Of a stretch of DNA of 64,000 bases, positions 48,123-57,824 are shown piece after piece (position 1 is the stretch's first letter; each line of letters opens with the position of its first letter). The stretch is from Negativicutes bacterium. Its GTDB lineage: Bacteria > Bacillota > Negativicutes > UBA1444. The stretch is from contig CAXXIN010000014.1 in the NCBI GenBank assembly GCA_963665275.2, positions 146,028 through 210,027 on the forward strand, written 5' to 3'. Below the pieces are notes generated by a model. It ran no database searches. It had not been told where the DNA came from and was given only the letters and a program-made list of their open reading frames with translations. The position numbers and the translations under genes are program-made.

Positions 48123-49312
48123 CTTTTGAAGGGCTGCGGGCCAATAAAATGCGTTCTCTCCTCACCATGCTTGGCATTATCATCGGCGTGGGCGCGGTCA
48201 TCGCCATGGTTTCTATCGGCATGGGCGTTCGGGATAAGGTGCAGAAATCCATTGCCAGCCTGGGCAGCAACCTGCTTATCGTCATGCCTGGCTCCACAGC
48301 ACCGTCTGGGGTGCGGGTGGCGGCAGGCGGGACGACGACTCTTACCTACGACGATTCACAGGCGATTGCCCGGGAAATCAGCGGAGTAACTTTTGTTGCG
48401 CCGCAGGTTCAGCGGCAATACCAATCAGTATTCGGCGGCAATAACTGGATTACATCCATGCAGGGTGTAACGCCGGATTTTATGACCGTCCGCAATTTTG
48501 AGGTTAGTGATGGAGCGTTCATTACACAACAACAACTGGAGGGGCGTGAGCGGGTTGCTGTTTTGGGCAAGACAGTGGTGGATAATTTGTTCGGTGGCAT
48601 CAGCCCGGTCGGTCAGGTCATCCGAATTAACAAATCCACTTTTCGGGTGATCGGTGTGCTGGCTACGAAAGGTCAGTCTGCTGGCGGACAGGATCAGGAC
48701 GATATGATTCTGGTCCCTCTGAAGACGGCGCAGGAACGGATGATGGGGATTAACTATGTGCAGTCAATCAGCGTTCAGGCGGAGAATGCCGAGGTAGTCG
48801 ATCAAGTATTGCGCGATATCACAACGCTGCTAAAGTCCAGGCATCGACTTCAACCGGGAGAGGCCGACGATTTCAGTGTCCGTAACCTGACGGCACTAAT
48901 GGCGACAGCTACTGAAACGACAGATACAATCACGCTGCTGCTGGGCAACACAGCAGCCATTTCGCTACTGGTCGGTGGGATAGGGATCATGAACATCATG
49001 CTGGTATCGGTTACCGAACGGACGCGAGAAATCGGTGTCCGTAAAGCGTTGGGAGCAACTTTTGCCAACATTCTTCTGCAGTTTCTCATCGAATCGATTG
49101 TTATCGGCGTAACTGGCGGCCTGATCGGCATCTTGCTCGGTACGGGAGCTTCTTACGCGATCTCCAGCATATTTGGCTGGTCCACGGTTATGTCGGGTTT
49201 TACGATTGCGCTGGCTTTTGGGTTCTCAGTCCTTATCGGGGTCATCTTTGGTCTGTATCCTGCCCGCAAAGCGGCCAAACTTGATCCAATCGACGCGCTG
49301 CGCTACGAGTGA
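48098..49312 (+). CDS. ABC transporter permease (MacB/YknZ-like)
   Basis: RSLLTMLGIIIG, VGGIGIMNIMLVSVTERTREIG, PARKAAKLDPIDALRYE. Confidence 0.95.
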   Translation: MFWESVSIAFEGLRANKMRSLLTMLGIIIGVGAVIAMVSIGMGVRDKVQKSIASLGSNLLIVMPGSTAPSGVRVAAGGTTTLTYDDSQAIAREISGVTFVAPQVQRQYQSVFGGNNWITSMQGVTPDFMTVRNFEVSDGAFITQQQLEGRERVAVLGKTVVDNLFGGISPVGQVIRINKSTFRVIGVLATKGQSAGGQDQDDMILVPLKTAQERMMGINYVQSISVQAENAEVVDQVLRDITTLLKSRHRLQPGEADDFSVRNLTALMATATETTDTITLLLGNTAAISLLVGGIGIMNIMLVSVTERTREIGVRKALGATFANILLQFLIESIVIGVTGGLIGILLGTGASYAISSIFGWSTVMSGFTIALAFGFSVLIGVIFGLYPARKAAKLDPIDALRYE

Positions 49313-49376
49313 TGCAAACCAAAGAGGTTGGCGAAAGATTGGCGCAGCAAATGAACGTTGTAATTCCTGGGCGATA

Positions 49377-49465
49377 TTATAACAACGTTCTAATATCGTC
49401 GGTGTTTTAGGGTATAAACTTCAATTCATCATACTAATGTGCTTTATGTGACTTTGGCGTATTCT
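49377..49465 (+). promoter_or_regulatory. Conserved bipartite promoter, copy 3
   Basis: TTATAAC-AAC-GTTCTAA (49377-93); ATACTAA ending 49437; -35 ATGTGC; -10 TATTCT (49460-65). Confidence 0.72.
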
Positions 49466-49593
49466 ATAGATAGACGCGAACAACGCATTCGTTGGGCCAA
49501 ATAAACAATACATACGCTGACTCGTGATGAGCGAACTGAAAATCAGCGCCCGCACCCCATAAGATGGACCTGACTAAAGGGGGAAAGAACGCA

Positions 49594-49659
49594 ATGCTAT
49601 ACACAATTTTGGCTGTTATTCTTGCAGTAGTGATCATGCAATATTTCGGCATCATGTAA
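49594..49659 (+). CDS. Candidate 21-aa single-TM peptide
   Basis: MLYTILAVILAVVIMQYFGIM after AAAGGGGG; first ORF downstream of promoter copy 3. Confidence 0.5.
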   Translation: MLYTILAVILAVVIMQYFGIM

Positions 49660-49707
49660 AGGAACCTTGACGGAACAGGAAACTTCGAAACGTGAAGGGA
49701 TAAAAAG

Positions 49708-49992
49708 ATGAACATTCATCATCTATCGTTGGCATTCATAGTTGCGCTTCTCTTGAGTTTTGGTTCGGTTGAAGCCCGGGAGTACAAAATAATAGCCTAT
49801 ACTGTGGATGCTGACGACACGATGGATAGTATTACGCGAACCTACCTTCCTTCAGATCGAGGGGATTCGATCGAGGCTTTTGCCGAGTTTAAAGAAGGGA
49901 TTTTCGAGTACAATTACGATCGGGTTTTCAGCGCCCGCATTCCGTATGAGGTGCGGGCAGGAGACTGCCTATATATAACCTTTTGGGAATGA
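49708..49992 (+). CDS. Small exported protein with LysM-like pattern
   Basis: Signal peptide; YTV..DDT..SI...Y ... I.E.N ... VRAGD.LYI. Confidence 0.5.
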   Translation: MNIHHLSLAFIVALLLSFGSVEAREYKIIAYTVDADDTMDSITRTYLPSDRGDSIEAFAEFKEGIFEYNYDRVFSARIPYEVRAGDCLYITFWE

Positions 49993-50039
49993 AGTTGCTG
50001 GCATAGCACAAGATTATCTGGATAAGTGAATCGGTTTTT

Positions 50040-50136
50040 TTGTAATAAAGTTATGAAAAAAGCCAGACTCACTTGTCCAGAATTCGTTTTGCTGCTCGGT
50101 TGCGCTATTGCGCTATAAATGTTTTTAACGTAATCT
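50040..50136 (+). promoter_or_regulatory. Degenerate fourth copy of the bipartite promoter (8-bp insertion)
   Basis: TTGTAAT-AAA-GTTATGA (50040-56); TTCGTTT at the same 27-bp offset as copy 1; -35 TTGCGC (50108-13); -10 TAATCT (50131-36). Confidence 0.5.
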
Positions 50137-50262
50137 ATTCTCAAATAGGGTAACCTTGAAGGCTTGAGGCAGTTTGGTGTGACGGAAAAACGACCTTTCC
50201 CGGCAGAACCTTCTGCTAAGGAACTGACACGGAAAAAGTTTGTGCGAAAAGGAGTGAAGACC

Positions 50263-52845
50263 TTGCAGAATAATACTTTTACGATCGTTGTATCGGGAGA
50301 TATCTGTATCAATTCTCTCTATTGGATAACAGAACCGCAGATTAAAAAAGAATTAAACTGGCAAAACAACACCAATGTGCATAGTTTTTTGTTCCCGGGC
50401 GAAGCCTTGTTGCTGGCCAAATTTTTAACTCTGGCGATCGGACCTGGCATCATCTCTCCGAGAATGCCAGAGCTCACAGTAGTCAAATTAAATGAGTTTA
50501 TCAGCGCAACTGCGGAAGTTGAACTTTTTTCGGTTTTTGGCAATGGAAAAAATGCGGATAAAGTATATAGGGTGAAGCGTTTTCTGGGATTCTCGGGACC
50601 GGCGATGGAGACCCCCAAGTTGCTGCCCATTGCCAATGATGATGCGGATGCCAAGATGGTGATTATCGACGATGAAAATAACGGGTTTCATTCCAATGAA
50701 GAGTTTTGGCCGCTAGCTTTAAAAACACCCGGAAAAAAACCTATCGTTCTATATAAAATGGGCAATCCGGATAACTTGAATATTCTATGGGACCGCTTGG
50801 GCAAACACCATATTGATCAAACCGTGGTCATTATCAATAGTGATGATTTGCGTTCAAAAGGTGCCAATATCAGTAAAAGTCTTTCCTGGGAAAGAACGGC
50901 ACAAGATTTTGAGTGGCAGATCAATAACAATCCCAACCTTTCGTTTCTTTCCCAATGTCATCATTTGATCGTTCTTTTTGGTATGGAAGGCGCCATCTAC
51001 TATAAAAATGACGAGGCTCTCGAATCAAGGTTGTACTTTTTGCCTTATGAGTTCGAAGGCGGTTCTGTCGCAGATAATCAGGGGAAAATGGCGGGTATTA
51101 CTTCTTGTTTTGTGGCGGGTATTGCTCGCAGTATTGTTTTGGGCAATGATAACAGTGAAGACTTTGCAGCCTCTATTGGTGACGGGATTCGGGAAGGAAT
51201 CGTTGCGACCCAGCGATACTTTATTGCCGGGTTTGGCAAAAACATTGGCGAAGAATCCTTCCCCGGCTCTGGAATATTCTCCGAAGGGCAAAATGATTTT
51301 ATCTACAAAGAGTACGTGCAGGATGTAGCAATCCCACGCTACGAGGATGCCGGTCTTAAATCATATTGGTATATTCTTCGCGATATGAGCTCGAATAATT
51401 TAGCAGATATCGCCTACAACATCGTCAAAAGCGGTGTGCAACATGCTTTGAAATTCATACCCATAGCACAGTTTGGCAATCTAAAAACGGTAGACCGCGG
51501 TGAAATTGAAAGCTATAGAAGCATTAAAAAACTGATGGGTGAGTATATTTCCACCACCAATACTGTCCGGCCGCTTTGTATTGCCGCTTTTGGGACGCCG
51601 GGGTCTGGAAAATCCTTTGGGATAACCGAGATTGCTGCCAGCATCGCCCCTATGCTAATCCAGAAATTGAATTTTAATTTATCTCAACTGCACACAACAT
51701 CGGAATTGATTACTGCCTTTCATAAAGTCAGGGATATTTGCCTCGAAGGAAAACTGCCTCTCGTATTCTTTGATGAATTTGACGCTGGGTTTGAAGGCGA
51801 ATTGGGATGGCTGAAATACTTTTTAGCACCCATGCAGGACGGAGTTTTTCGGGAAGGTGATTCCCTGCATTCTGTGGGAAAAGCCATTTTTGTGTTTGCT
51901 GGCGGAACCAGCAGTACTTTGAAAGAATTTTGCGGCGAAAATATTGAGGCTGAGGAAGACTATAATAAGTTTTTAGTGGGATTCAAAAAAGCTAAAGGTC
52001 CGGATTTTTTAAGCCGGCTACGCGGCTATGTGAATATTTTGGGTCCCAATCAGACAAGTATAGAGAAGGATCAGCTGTTTATTGTGCGTCGGGCCATGCT
52101 GCTGCGGGCATTGTTGGAGAAAAAAGCCCCACATCTGATAAACGATAGGGGAGAGGCGCAAATCGATAACGGAGTTTTGCGCGCATTACTCAAAATCCCG
52201 CGGTATAAACATGAATCCAGATCCATGGAAGCCATCTTGGACATGAGTTTGTTGGCTGATGCAAAAAAATGGGAACAATCTTATCTACCATCCAAAGAAC
52301 AACTTAAATTACATGTGGATGAGGAAGCTTTTTTGCGCCATTTAATGCACGATACATTCTTTAGTGAAAAGATTGAAAGTCTGGCCATCGCTATTCATGA
52401 AAAAGACAGGGAACTAAATGCGCATGATATCAATGTCGATCCAGAATTGCTGAAAAAGTGGGAAGAACTTGCGGAGGATTTCAAAGAATGCGTGCGTGAT
52501 CAGGCTCGGAGAATTCCCGATTCCTTGCGTACCATAAACTATGATGTCGTTTCTGTAAAAGAGCGGCCAAATTTTATCGAGTTTACCGAGAATGAGTTAA
52601 ACGTACTGGCTGCCTATGAACATGCCAACTGGTGTCGTTATCAAAAAAAAGCCGGTTGGAAAAAGGGCGCCGCGAAGGATAAACGGGCAAAATTTGATCC
52701 TGCGCTTGTTACTTGGAATGGATTGCCCCAGGGCAATAAATATCGAGTGTATCAGATCGTTGCCATTTGGCCGGAAATATTGGCAAATGCGAATTTCAAA
52801 ATAGAGCGGTCGAAGTTTTCGTGCGACAATGAAAATATCTGTTGA
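50263..52845 (+). CDS. P-loop (AAA-like) ATPase with N-terminal ribokinase-like region and C-terminal RyR repeats
   Basis: VVSGD start; Walker A GTPGSGKS; Walker B VFFDEFD; KGPDFLSRL; RyR-like LAIAIHE..WEEL and LAAYEHANW...GW..G..KD.....P.LV.W..LP. TTG 50263 after AAGGAG. Confidence 0.8.
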   Translation: MQNNTFTIVVSGDICINSLYWITEPQIKKELNWQNNTNVHSFLFPGEALLLAKFLTLAIGPGIISPRMPELTVVKLNEFISATAEVELFSVFGNGKNADKVYRVKRFLGFSGPAMETPKLLPIANDDADAKMVIIDDENNGFHSNEEFWPLALKTPGKKPIVLYKMGNPDNLNILWDRLGKHHIDQTVVIINSDDLRSKGANISKSLSWERTAQDFEWQINNNPNLSFLSQCHHLIVLFGMEGAIYYKNDEALESRLYFLPYEFEGGSVADNQGKMAGITSCFVAGIARSIVLGNDNSEDFAASIGDGIREGIVATQRYFIAGFGKNIGEESFPGSGIFSEGQNDFIYKEYVQDVAIPRYEDAGLKSYWYILRDMSSNNLADIAYNIVKSGVQHALKFIPIAQFGNLKTVDRGEIESYRSIKKLMGEYISTTNTVRPLCIAAFGTPGSGKSFGITEIAASIAPMLIQKLNFNLSQLHTTSELITAFHKVRDICLEGKLPLVFFDEFDAGFEGELGWLKYFLAPMQDGVFREGDSLHSVGKAIFVFAGGTSSTLKEFCGENIEAEEDYNKFLVGFKKAKGPDFLSRLRGYVNILGPNQTSIEKDQLFIVRRAMLLRALLEKKAPHLINDRGEAQIDNGVLRALLKIPRYKHESRSMEAILDMSLLADAKKWEQSYLPSKEQLKLHVDEEAFLRHLMHDTFFSEKIESLAIAIHEKDRELNAHDINVDPELLKKWEELAEDFKECVRDQARRIPDSLRTINYDVVSVKERPNFIEFTENELNVLAAYEHANWCRYQKKAGWKKGAAKDKRAKFDPALVTWNGLPQGNKYRVYQIVAIWPEILANANFKIERSKFSCDNENIC

Positions 52846-53059
52846 TTGCTTAGGGCAAGGCTTAAATACGCCAAACTAATAACTTGATATCCGACCCAGC
52901 CTTTGCAGTGCTTTTTGTTTACAGTCTGAATTGAGCCTTCCGATCTTCAGGATCGGGAGGCTTTGCTGTATATTTTTTGCTTATTATTGTATTATGGGAA
53001 GGGCATCAGCAAAACCAAAAATCAGAGCCCAACATAGCCGGGGGAGGAACACAATTCAG

Positions 53060-55153
53060 TTGAACACAATAAAGAGTTGGAAAGTTGCCGGTGACTCGCC
53101 GGACTATCGGAATCCAAGTGCGGTGATTGTCTTATTTGGCATGCTGTTGCTTTGCTTTATCTGGATCAGCCTTTTCTATAAAATTCAGGCTGAACGGCAA
53201 TTGGAACTTAACGGAGCATTGAAAGACACAGCAAGATTCACCCGTGCATTTGAAGAACATACGGTGCGAACGATTAAAGGGGCGGATCAGGCATTATTAT
53301 CCCTGAAATATCAATATGAGAAAGAAGGCCGAGCAATTGACATTCCCCGATATGTAAGCGAGCAGAGGCTTCTTAGCCAGCCGGTGCTGCAACTGACTCT
53401 CGTTGACGAAAACGGCGAATCGGTTGCCAGCAGTTACGTTCCGTTTGTGCCAGCCAATATTCAAGATCGTGAACATTTTTTGGTGCATAAAGGCTTTGAC
53501 GAAGGAAAACTCTTTGTTAGCCAGCCGGTTTTAGGTAGGGCTTCCGGCAGATGGTCCCTTCAGATGACCCGTCGCGTCAATAAGCCGGATGGCTCCTTCG
53601 CGGGAGTTGCGGTTGTTTCTGTGGACCCGTTTTATTTCAGCGATTTCTACAAGCAAGTCGATCTCGGCGAGAATTCATCCATCGCATTAATTGGCCGCGA
53701 TGGCATCGTACGGGTGCGGCAGGATGGCAAAGTGGCCAATTTTGGGCAAGATTTCACCAATAGCGTGGTAATGAAAAAACTATCATCCAACGATACCGGA
53801 TATTTCATTACCCAAAGTATGGTGGATGGAATCAAGCGGATATATGCTTATCGTGCGCTGACCGACTACCCGCTCGTGGTGGTGGTGGGAGTTGACGAAG
53901 AGATGGTCTACCAGGACTTGAACAACCGTATCATCGGTTACTATTGGGCAGCTGGAACGAGCACCTTCGTGATCGTAATTTTTATTGTGATGCTTCTCTC
54001 CATTACGGTACGGCAAAAAAATACCGCACAAGCATTGAAGCAAGCCCGGGATGGACTATCTGCGCAGGTAGAGCAGAGGACTCGGGAACTGTATGCTGCC
54101 AATGAGAAACTCACGGCTATGAACGAAGAATCCAGCACAATGAACAGCGAATTGCGGTTCGCCAATCTGGAACTTGAGAACGAAATTGCCGAACGCAACC
54201 GAATGGAAAGCAGATTGATTTTATCGGAAGAAGAACTGAGGCGGAAGAATACACAACTTGCGAAAGCTTTACAGGATATCAGGCGGGTGCAGGCCAGCCT
54301 GATTCAGCAGGAAAAGCTGGCGGGCATCGGGCAACTGGCGGCGGGAGTGGCGCACGAAATCAATAACCCCCTGGGGTTTATTACAGGCAATATTGAGGCA
54401 TTGGAACAGTATTTCAATGCCCTGAGTCTTGTTTTTGCGCAATATCGCGAGTTGCGGGCGGAAATTGCTGCTGGAGCTACTATGCAGAGTATAATTGCAA
54501 GGGTTGATCAGATTGGCCGGCTGGAAACAAAACAGGATCTGGACTATGTTTTTGCCGATATTCCGGATGTTTTCCGCGACACAAGCGGCGGCCTTTCCCG
54601 CATGAGCAAGATCGTTAAGGGGATGCGACTGTTTTCCCGAGTCGATCAGCAGCAGATTTTTGAACGGTATGACCTGAATCTGGGACTGGAAAATACCTTA
54701 TTGGTTGCTCACAATGAGATTAAACATAGTGCGATCGTAGAGAGGAACTACGGTCAGATTCCATTGATTGAGGCGATCGGTGGCGAAATCAACCAGGTGT
54801 TGCTGAACCTGGTTTTCAATGCGGTGTATGCCATTCGGGAAAAGCATCGCGGTCAGAATGGCTTAATGAAACTGTCTACGTGGCATGACGAAGAATTTGT
54901 TTACTGTGCCATTGAAGATAATGGCGTCGGAATCTCCACTGAAAATATTAATCATATCTTCAACCCTTTCTTCACGACCAAACCGGTCGGGCAGGGAACG
55001 GGGATGGGGCTTAGCATTTCCTATGAAATTATCGTGAATCACCACCACGGGGAGATCAAGATGGAAAGCCACTTGGGCGAAGGAACCACATTCATCGTCA
55101 AATTGCCGATAAAACACGATTTGCTCGAAACACTCAAACAAGCTGCGGGATAG
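53060..55153 (+). CDS. dCache sensor histidine kinase (NtrB-like)
   Basis: Two TMs, DREHF, EKLAGIGQLAAGVAHEINNP, FFTTKPVGQGTGMGL; TTG 53060 after GGAGG. Confidence 0.92.
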   Translation: MNTIKSWKVAGDSPDYRNPSAVIVLFGMLLLCFIWISLFYKIQAERQLELNGALKDTARFTRAFEEHTVRTIKGADQALLSLKYQYEKEGRAIDIPRYVSEQRLLSQPVLQLTLVDENGESVASSYVPFVPANIQDREHFLVHKGFDEGKLFVSQPVLGRASGRWSLQMTRRVNKPDGSFAGVAVVSVDPFYFSDFYKQVDLGENSSIALIGRDGIVRVRQDGKVANFGQDFTNSVVMKKLSSNDTGYFITQSMVDGIKRIYAYRALTDYPLVVVVGVDEEMVYQDLNNRIIGYYWAAGTSTFVIVIFIVMLLSITVRQKNTAQALKQARDGLSAQVEQRTRELYAANEKLTAMNEESSTMNSELRFANLELENEIAERNRMESRLILSEEELRRKNTQLAKALQDIRRVQASLIQQEKLAGIGQLAAGVAHEINNPLGFITGNIEALEQYFNALSLVFAQYRELRAEIAAGATMQSIIARVDQIGRLETKQDLDYVFADIPDVFRDTSGGLSRMSKIVKGMRLFSRVDQQQIFERYDLNLGLENTLLVAHNEIKHSAIVERNYGQIPLIEAIGGEINQVLLNLVFNAVYAIREKHRGQNGLMKLSTWHDEEFVYCAIEDNGVGISTENINHIFNPFFTTKPVGQGTGMGLSISYEIIVNHHHGEIKMESHLGEGTTFIVKLPIKHDLLETLKQAAG

Positions 55154-55174
55154 ACGTTTCAAAGGGGGGCTACT

Positions 55175-56341
55175 ATGGGAAACAGGATTCTGCTTGTTGA
55201 TGATGAACTGCCGGTTCTCAAGTCCTTGCAACGACTGTTGCGGCAGGATTTTGACATTAGCATTGCCGAAAGCGGACAGGCGGCCTTGGAAATTCTGGCG
55301 GACCAAGAGATCGACATCATCATTTCCGATATGCGAATGCCTTATATGGATGGGCATCAGCTTCTTCGCAAGGTGAAAGAACTTTACCCTGCGACAACCC
55401 GGTTGATTCTCAGCGGCTATGCCGATGAAAAAGAGATTACCCAAACGATGCTCGATGGGTCAAGCAGGATGTATTTGATGAAGCCCTGGGATAGTCTGCT
55501 GTTGGTTAAAACGATCCAGCAACTGCTGGATGTCAGGGAGAAACTCCGCAACTATGATTTGCTTGAAATTATCAGTAAAATTGAAGGCCTGAGTGCGTTG
55601 CCCCGTATTTATCATAAGTTGGTGGAATTGATCAACGAGGATGCTGACGTCGCGCGTATTGCTTCCGTGGTCGAAGAAGATCCGGCGATAGTGTCTCAAT
55701 TGCTGCGTGTCGCCAACTCTGCATTTTATGGCATCAAGACAGGATCTGTCAGTCAGGCCGTTACCTACCTAGGGCTAACCGCCGTCAAAAGCATTGTGCT
55801 GTCGACCAATCTGTGTGGAGTAAAGCGGGAGATAGGTATGACGGCGATTAATCGGGACTTGCTTTGGCTCCATGCAAGCAGGACCAACCATTTGGTCGGT
55901 GAATTGCACCGAACTTTGATGGGCAAGCCTATCCCGGCGACAGCTGCTTCAGTGGGCCTGTTGCATAATATCGGGATAATGGCCATGCTGGGGCAGTTTC
56001 CTGACAAATACGATCAAATGGACCAGGTGTTGAAAATGCAACCGGAGGCGTCGCTGTCTGAAATGGAGCAAGAGTTAATCGGCGTGACCCACCAGGAGGT
56101 AGGCGGCTATCTGCTGGAATGGTGGGATTTGCCACATCAGATCGTTGAAAGCGCCATGTTCCACCATGATCCGTTCAATGAAAGCGTAAATGATCGTCAA
56201 CTGGTGTCGATCGTTCATGTAGCCAGCCATTACGCTGCGCAGGAAGTGTTTGATGGCATGAATGGATTTCTGGATGAACGCGTATTCAGTTTGCTGCATA
56301 CAACCAGGGAAGAATGTGAACGGATAATTCACGCCAAGTGA
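55175..56341 (+). CDS. REC-HDOD response regulator
   Basis: SDMRMP; DPAIVSQLLRVANSAFYG, GLLHNIG, HQEVGGYLLEWW.LP. Confidence 0.9.
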   Translation: MGNRILLVDDELPVLKSLQRLLRQDFDISIAESGQAALEILADQEIDIIISDMRMPYMDGHQLLRKVKELYPATTRLILSGYADEKEITQTMLDGSSRMYLMKPWDSLLLVKTIQQLLDVREKLRNYDLLEIISKIEGLSALPRIYHKLVELINEDADVARIASVVEEDPAIVSQLLRVANSAFYGIKTGSVSQAVTYLGLTAVKSIVLSTNLCGVKREIGMTAINRDLLWLHASRTNHLVGELHRTLMGKPIPATAASVGLLHNIGIMAMLGQFPDKYDQMDQVLKMQPEASLSEMEQELIGVTHQEVGGYLLEWWDLPHQIVESAMFHHDPFNESVNDRQLVSIVHVASHYAAQEVFDGMNGFLDERVFSLLHTTREECERIIHAK

Positions 56342-56452
56342 GTCGTCAACAGCAGGATATGAGATAAAAAACCGCGTGAGGACGCGGTTTTTTCATTTCT
56401 ATATTGAGTTTTTCGTTAAGGTAATGCTGTCTATATGGAAGGGCGGGAATGA

Positions 56453-57130
56453 TTACTGGCGGAGATGCTTGATCAGACCTAGCTCTATTCCTTTGGCAAC
56501 AACTTTAGCGCGGCTGTTGACATCCATTTTCCCAAAAAGGTTGTTCAAATGGCATTTTACCGTGCCTACAGTGATATTCAGATCGCTGGAAATTTCATCA
56601 TTGGAAAATCCTTTGGCCAGTAAAGCGAGGACTTCCAGCTCTTTTAGGGTTAAGGGTGCAAATAACTCAGAAGCACGTAGCATTTCCTGGGACTGGATGG
56701 CAGCGATCGAGGGCTCGTGCTCCTGGGCGGGACTGTCCAAGCTTTGGTTATAAGCCTGGATAGCATCAAGGACAACCGCACGAATCGAGGCAGCCGGCGT
56801 AGGTTTGGTCAAAAACGCGGTAATCTTGCCATGGTTAACGGCATCAATCGCCATTTGGAGATCTGCATGACCGGTAAGCATTATCCTTTGGGCAAACTTA
56901 TCGATAGTCACTATCCGGGAAAAAAGCTGAATGCCATTCATAAAAGGCATTTGAAAATCCGAAATAACAACCGCAAAAGGCCCTTGAAGCTCGAAAATCT
57001 TTAATGCCTGTACCGGATCATTAGTTGTTACAATTTCAAAATGACCCCGAAATGTGCGGCGCATTGAAGCTAGGAAACTTTCATCATCATCAACGACCAA
57101 TATGCGAGAGGAGCTTTTGTTTTTATCCAT
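56453..57130 (-). CDS. REC-LuxR response regulator
   Basis: SDFQMP; LTLKELEVL..LAKGFSN.EI...TVKCH. Confidence 0.9.
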   Translation of the reverse strand: MDKNKSSSRILVVDDDESFLASMRRTFRGHFEIVTTNDPVQALKIFELQGPFAVVISDFQMPFMNGIQLFSRIVTIDKFAQRIMLTGHADLQMAIDAVNHGKITAFLTKPTPAASIRAVVLDAIQAYNQSLDSPAQEHEPSIAAIQSQEMLRASELFAPLTLKELEVLALLAKGFSNDEISSDLNITVGTVKCHLNNLFGKMDVNSRAKVVAKGIELGLIKHLRQ

Positions 57131-57403
57131 TTTTCACACCTTATCATCCAGCAACTATTAGACAGTTAGAATAATTACTTTGATTAGACATTCAAACGAA
57201 CTTTTCCTCTATCTTTAGGTATGTTTTGCGAATTGAAATAAATAATGGCGATGAACCCCGAATTTAGGCGGTTTTCAAGCAAAAATAATAGTTTTTGCCT
57301 ATATATCTTTTAGGCGATGTTCGAAACGTATTTTTTCTCTAAACTAACGATAAGAATACAAGTGAGTTCATCAAGAATAGAACCTGTAAGGAGGGCTGCA
57401 TCT

Positions 57404-57776
57404 ATGGATACAGTTGCGAGTCGCGGTGAGTGATAAAGAATTGTTGCGATTCCGGTGGGGAAAAAGCGAGTATGGAGTTGCGATAGAAGATGTCGTTGGA
57501 ATGATTGGGGCCCCACAGCTAAATGATCCGGCCAATAAAAAAGGCAATTCGCTTGCCATATTGGGATTGCAGACGGGTTGCGAAATTGGTGGCAATCAGC
57601 AGGCAATAATCCTGAACACTGACGGGATTGGGCTTGTATTGATCGTAGATGAGGTTATCAAAATAGGCAGCCTAAGCCGTGACCCAGCACAGGGAGGAAA
57701 ACAGGCTTCGTTAACAATCTGGAAGTTTGATGATGCGCACGCTTGTATTGAAACTATTATAGACATAAAGCCTTAA
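57404..57776 (+). pseudogene. Degenerate CheW-like ORF, possibly frameshifted
   Basis: LLRF..G..EYGV.IEDV and GLVLIVDEV resemble CheW. ATG 57404 with the good RBS is out of frame with the body (57414..57776). Confidence 0.5.
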
Positions 57777-57824
57777 TCGACTACTTGAGACTAGATCAAT
57801 GATAAATAGAGGGGGAGAGTTTTT

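Noticed and set aside
49404-49415. GTTTTA next to GGGTAT as a sigma-B promoter
   Set aside because: The hexamers are adjacent; sigma-B needs about 12-15 bp between them.
57320-57355. Possible sigma-D promoter before the MCP unit
   Set aside because: Only a partial CGATA match, with no correctly spaced TAAA.
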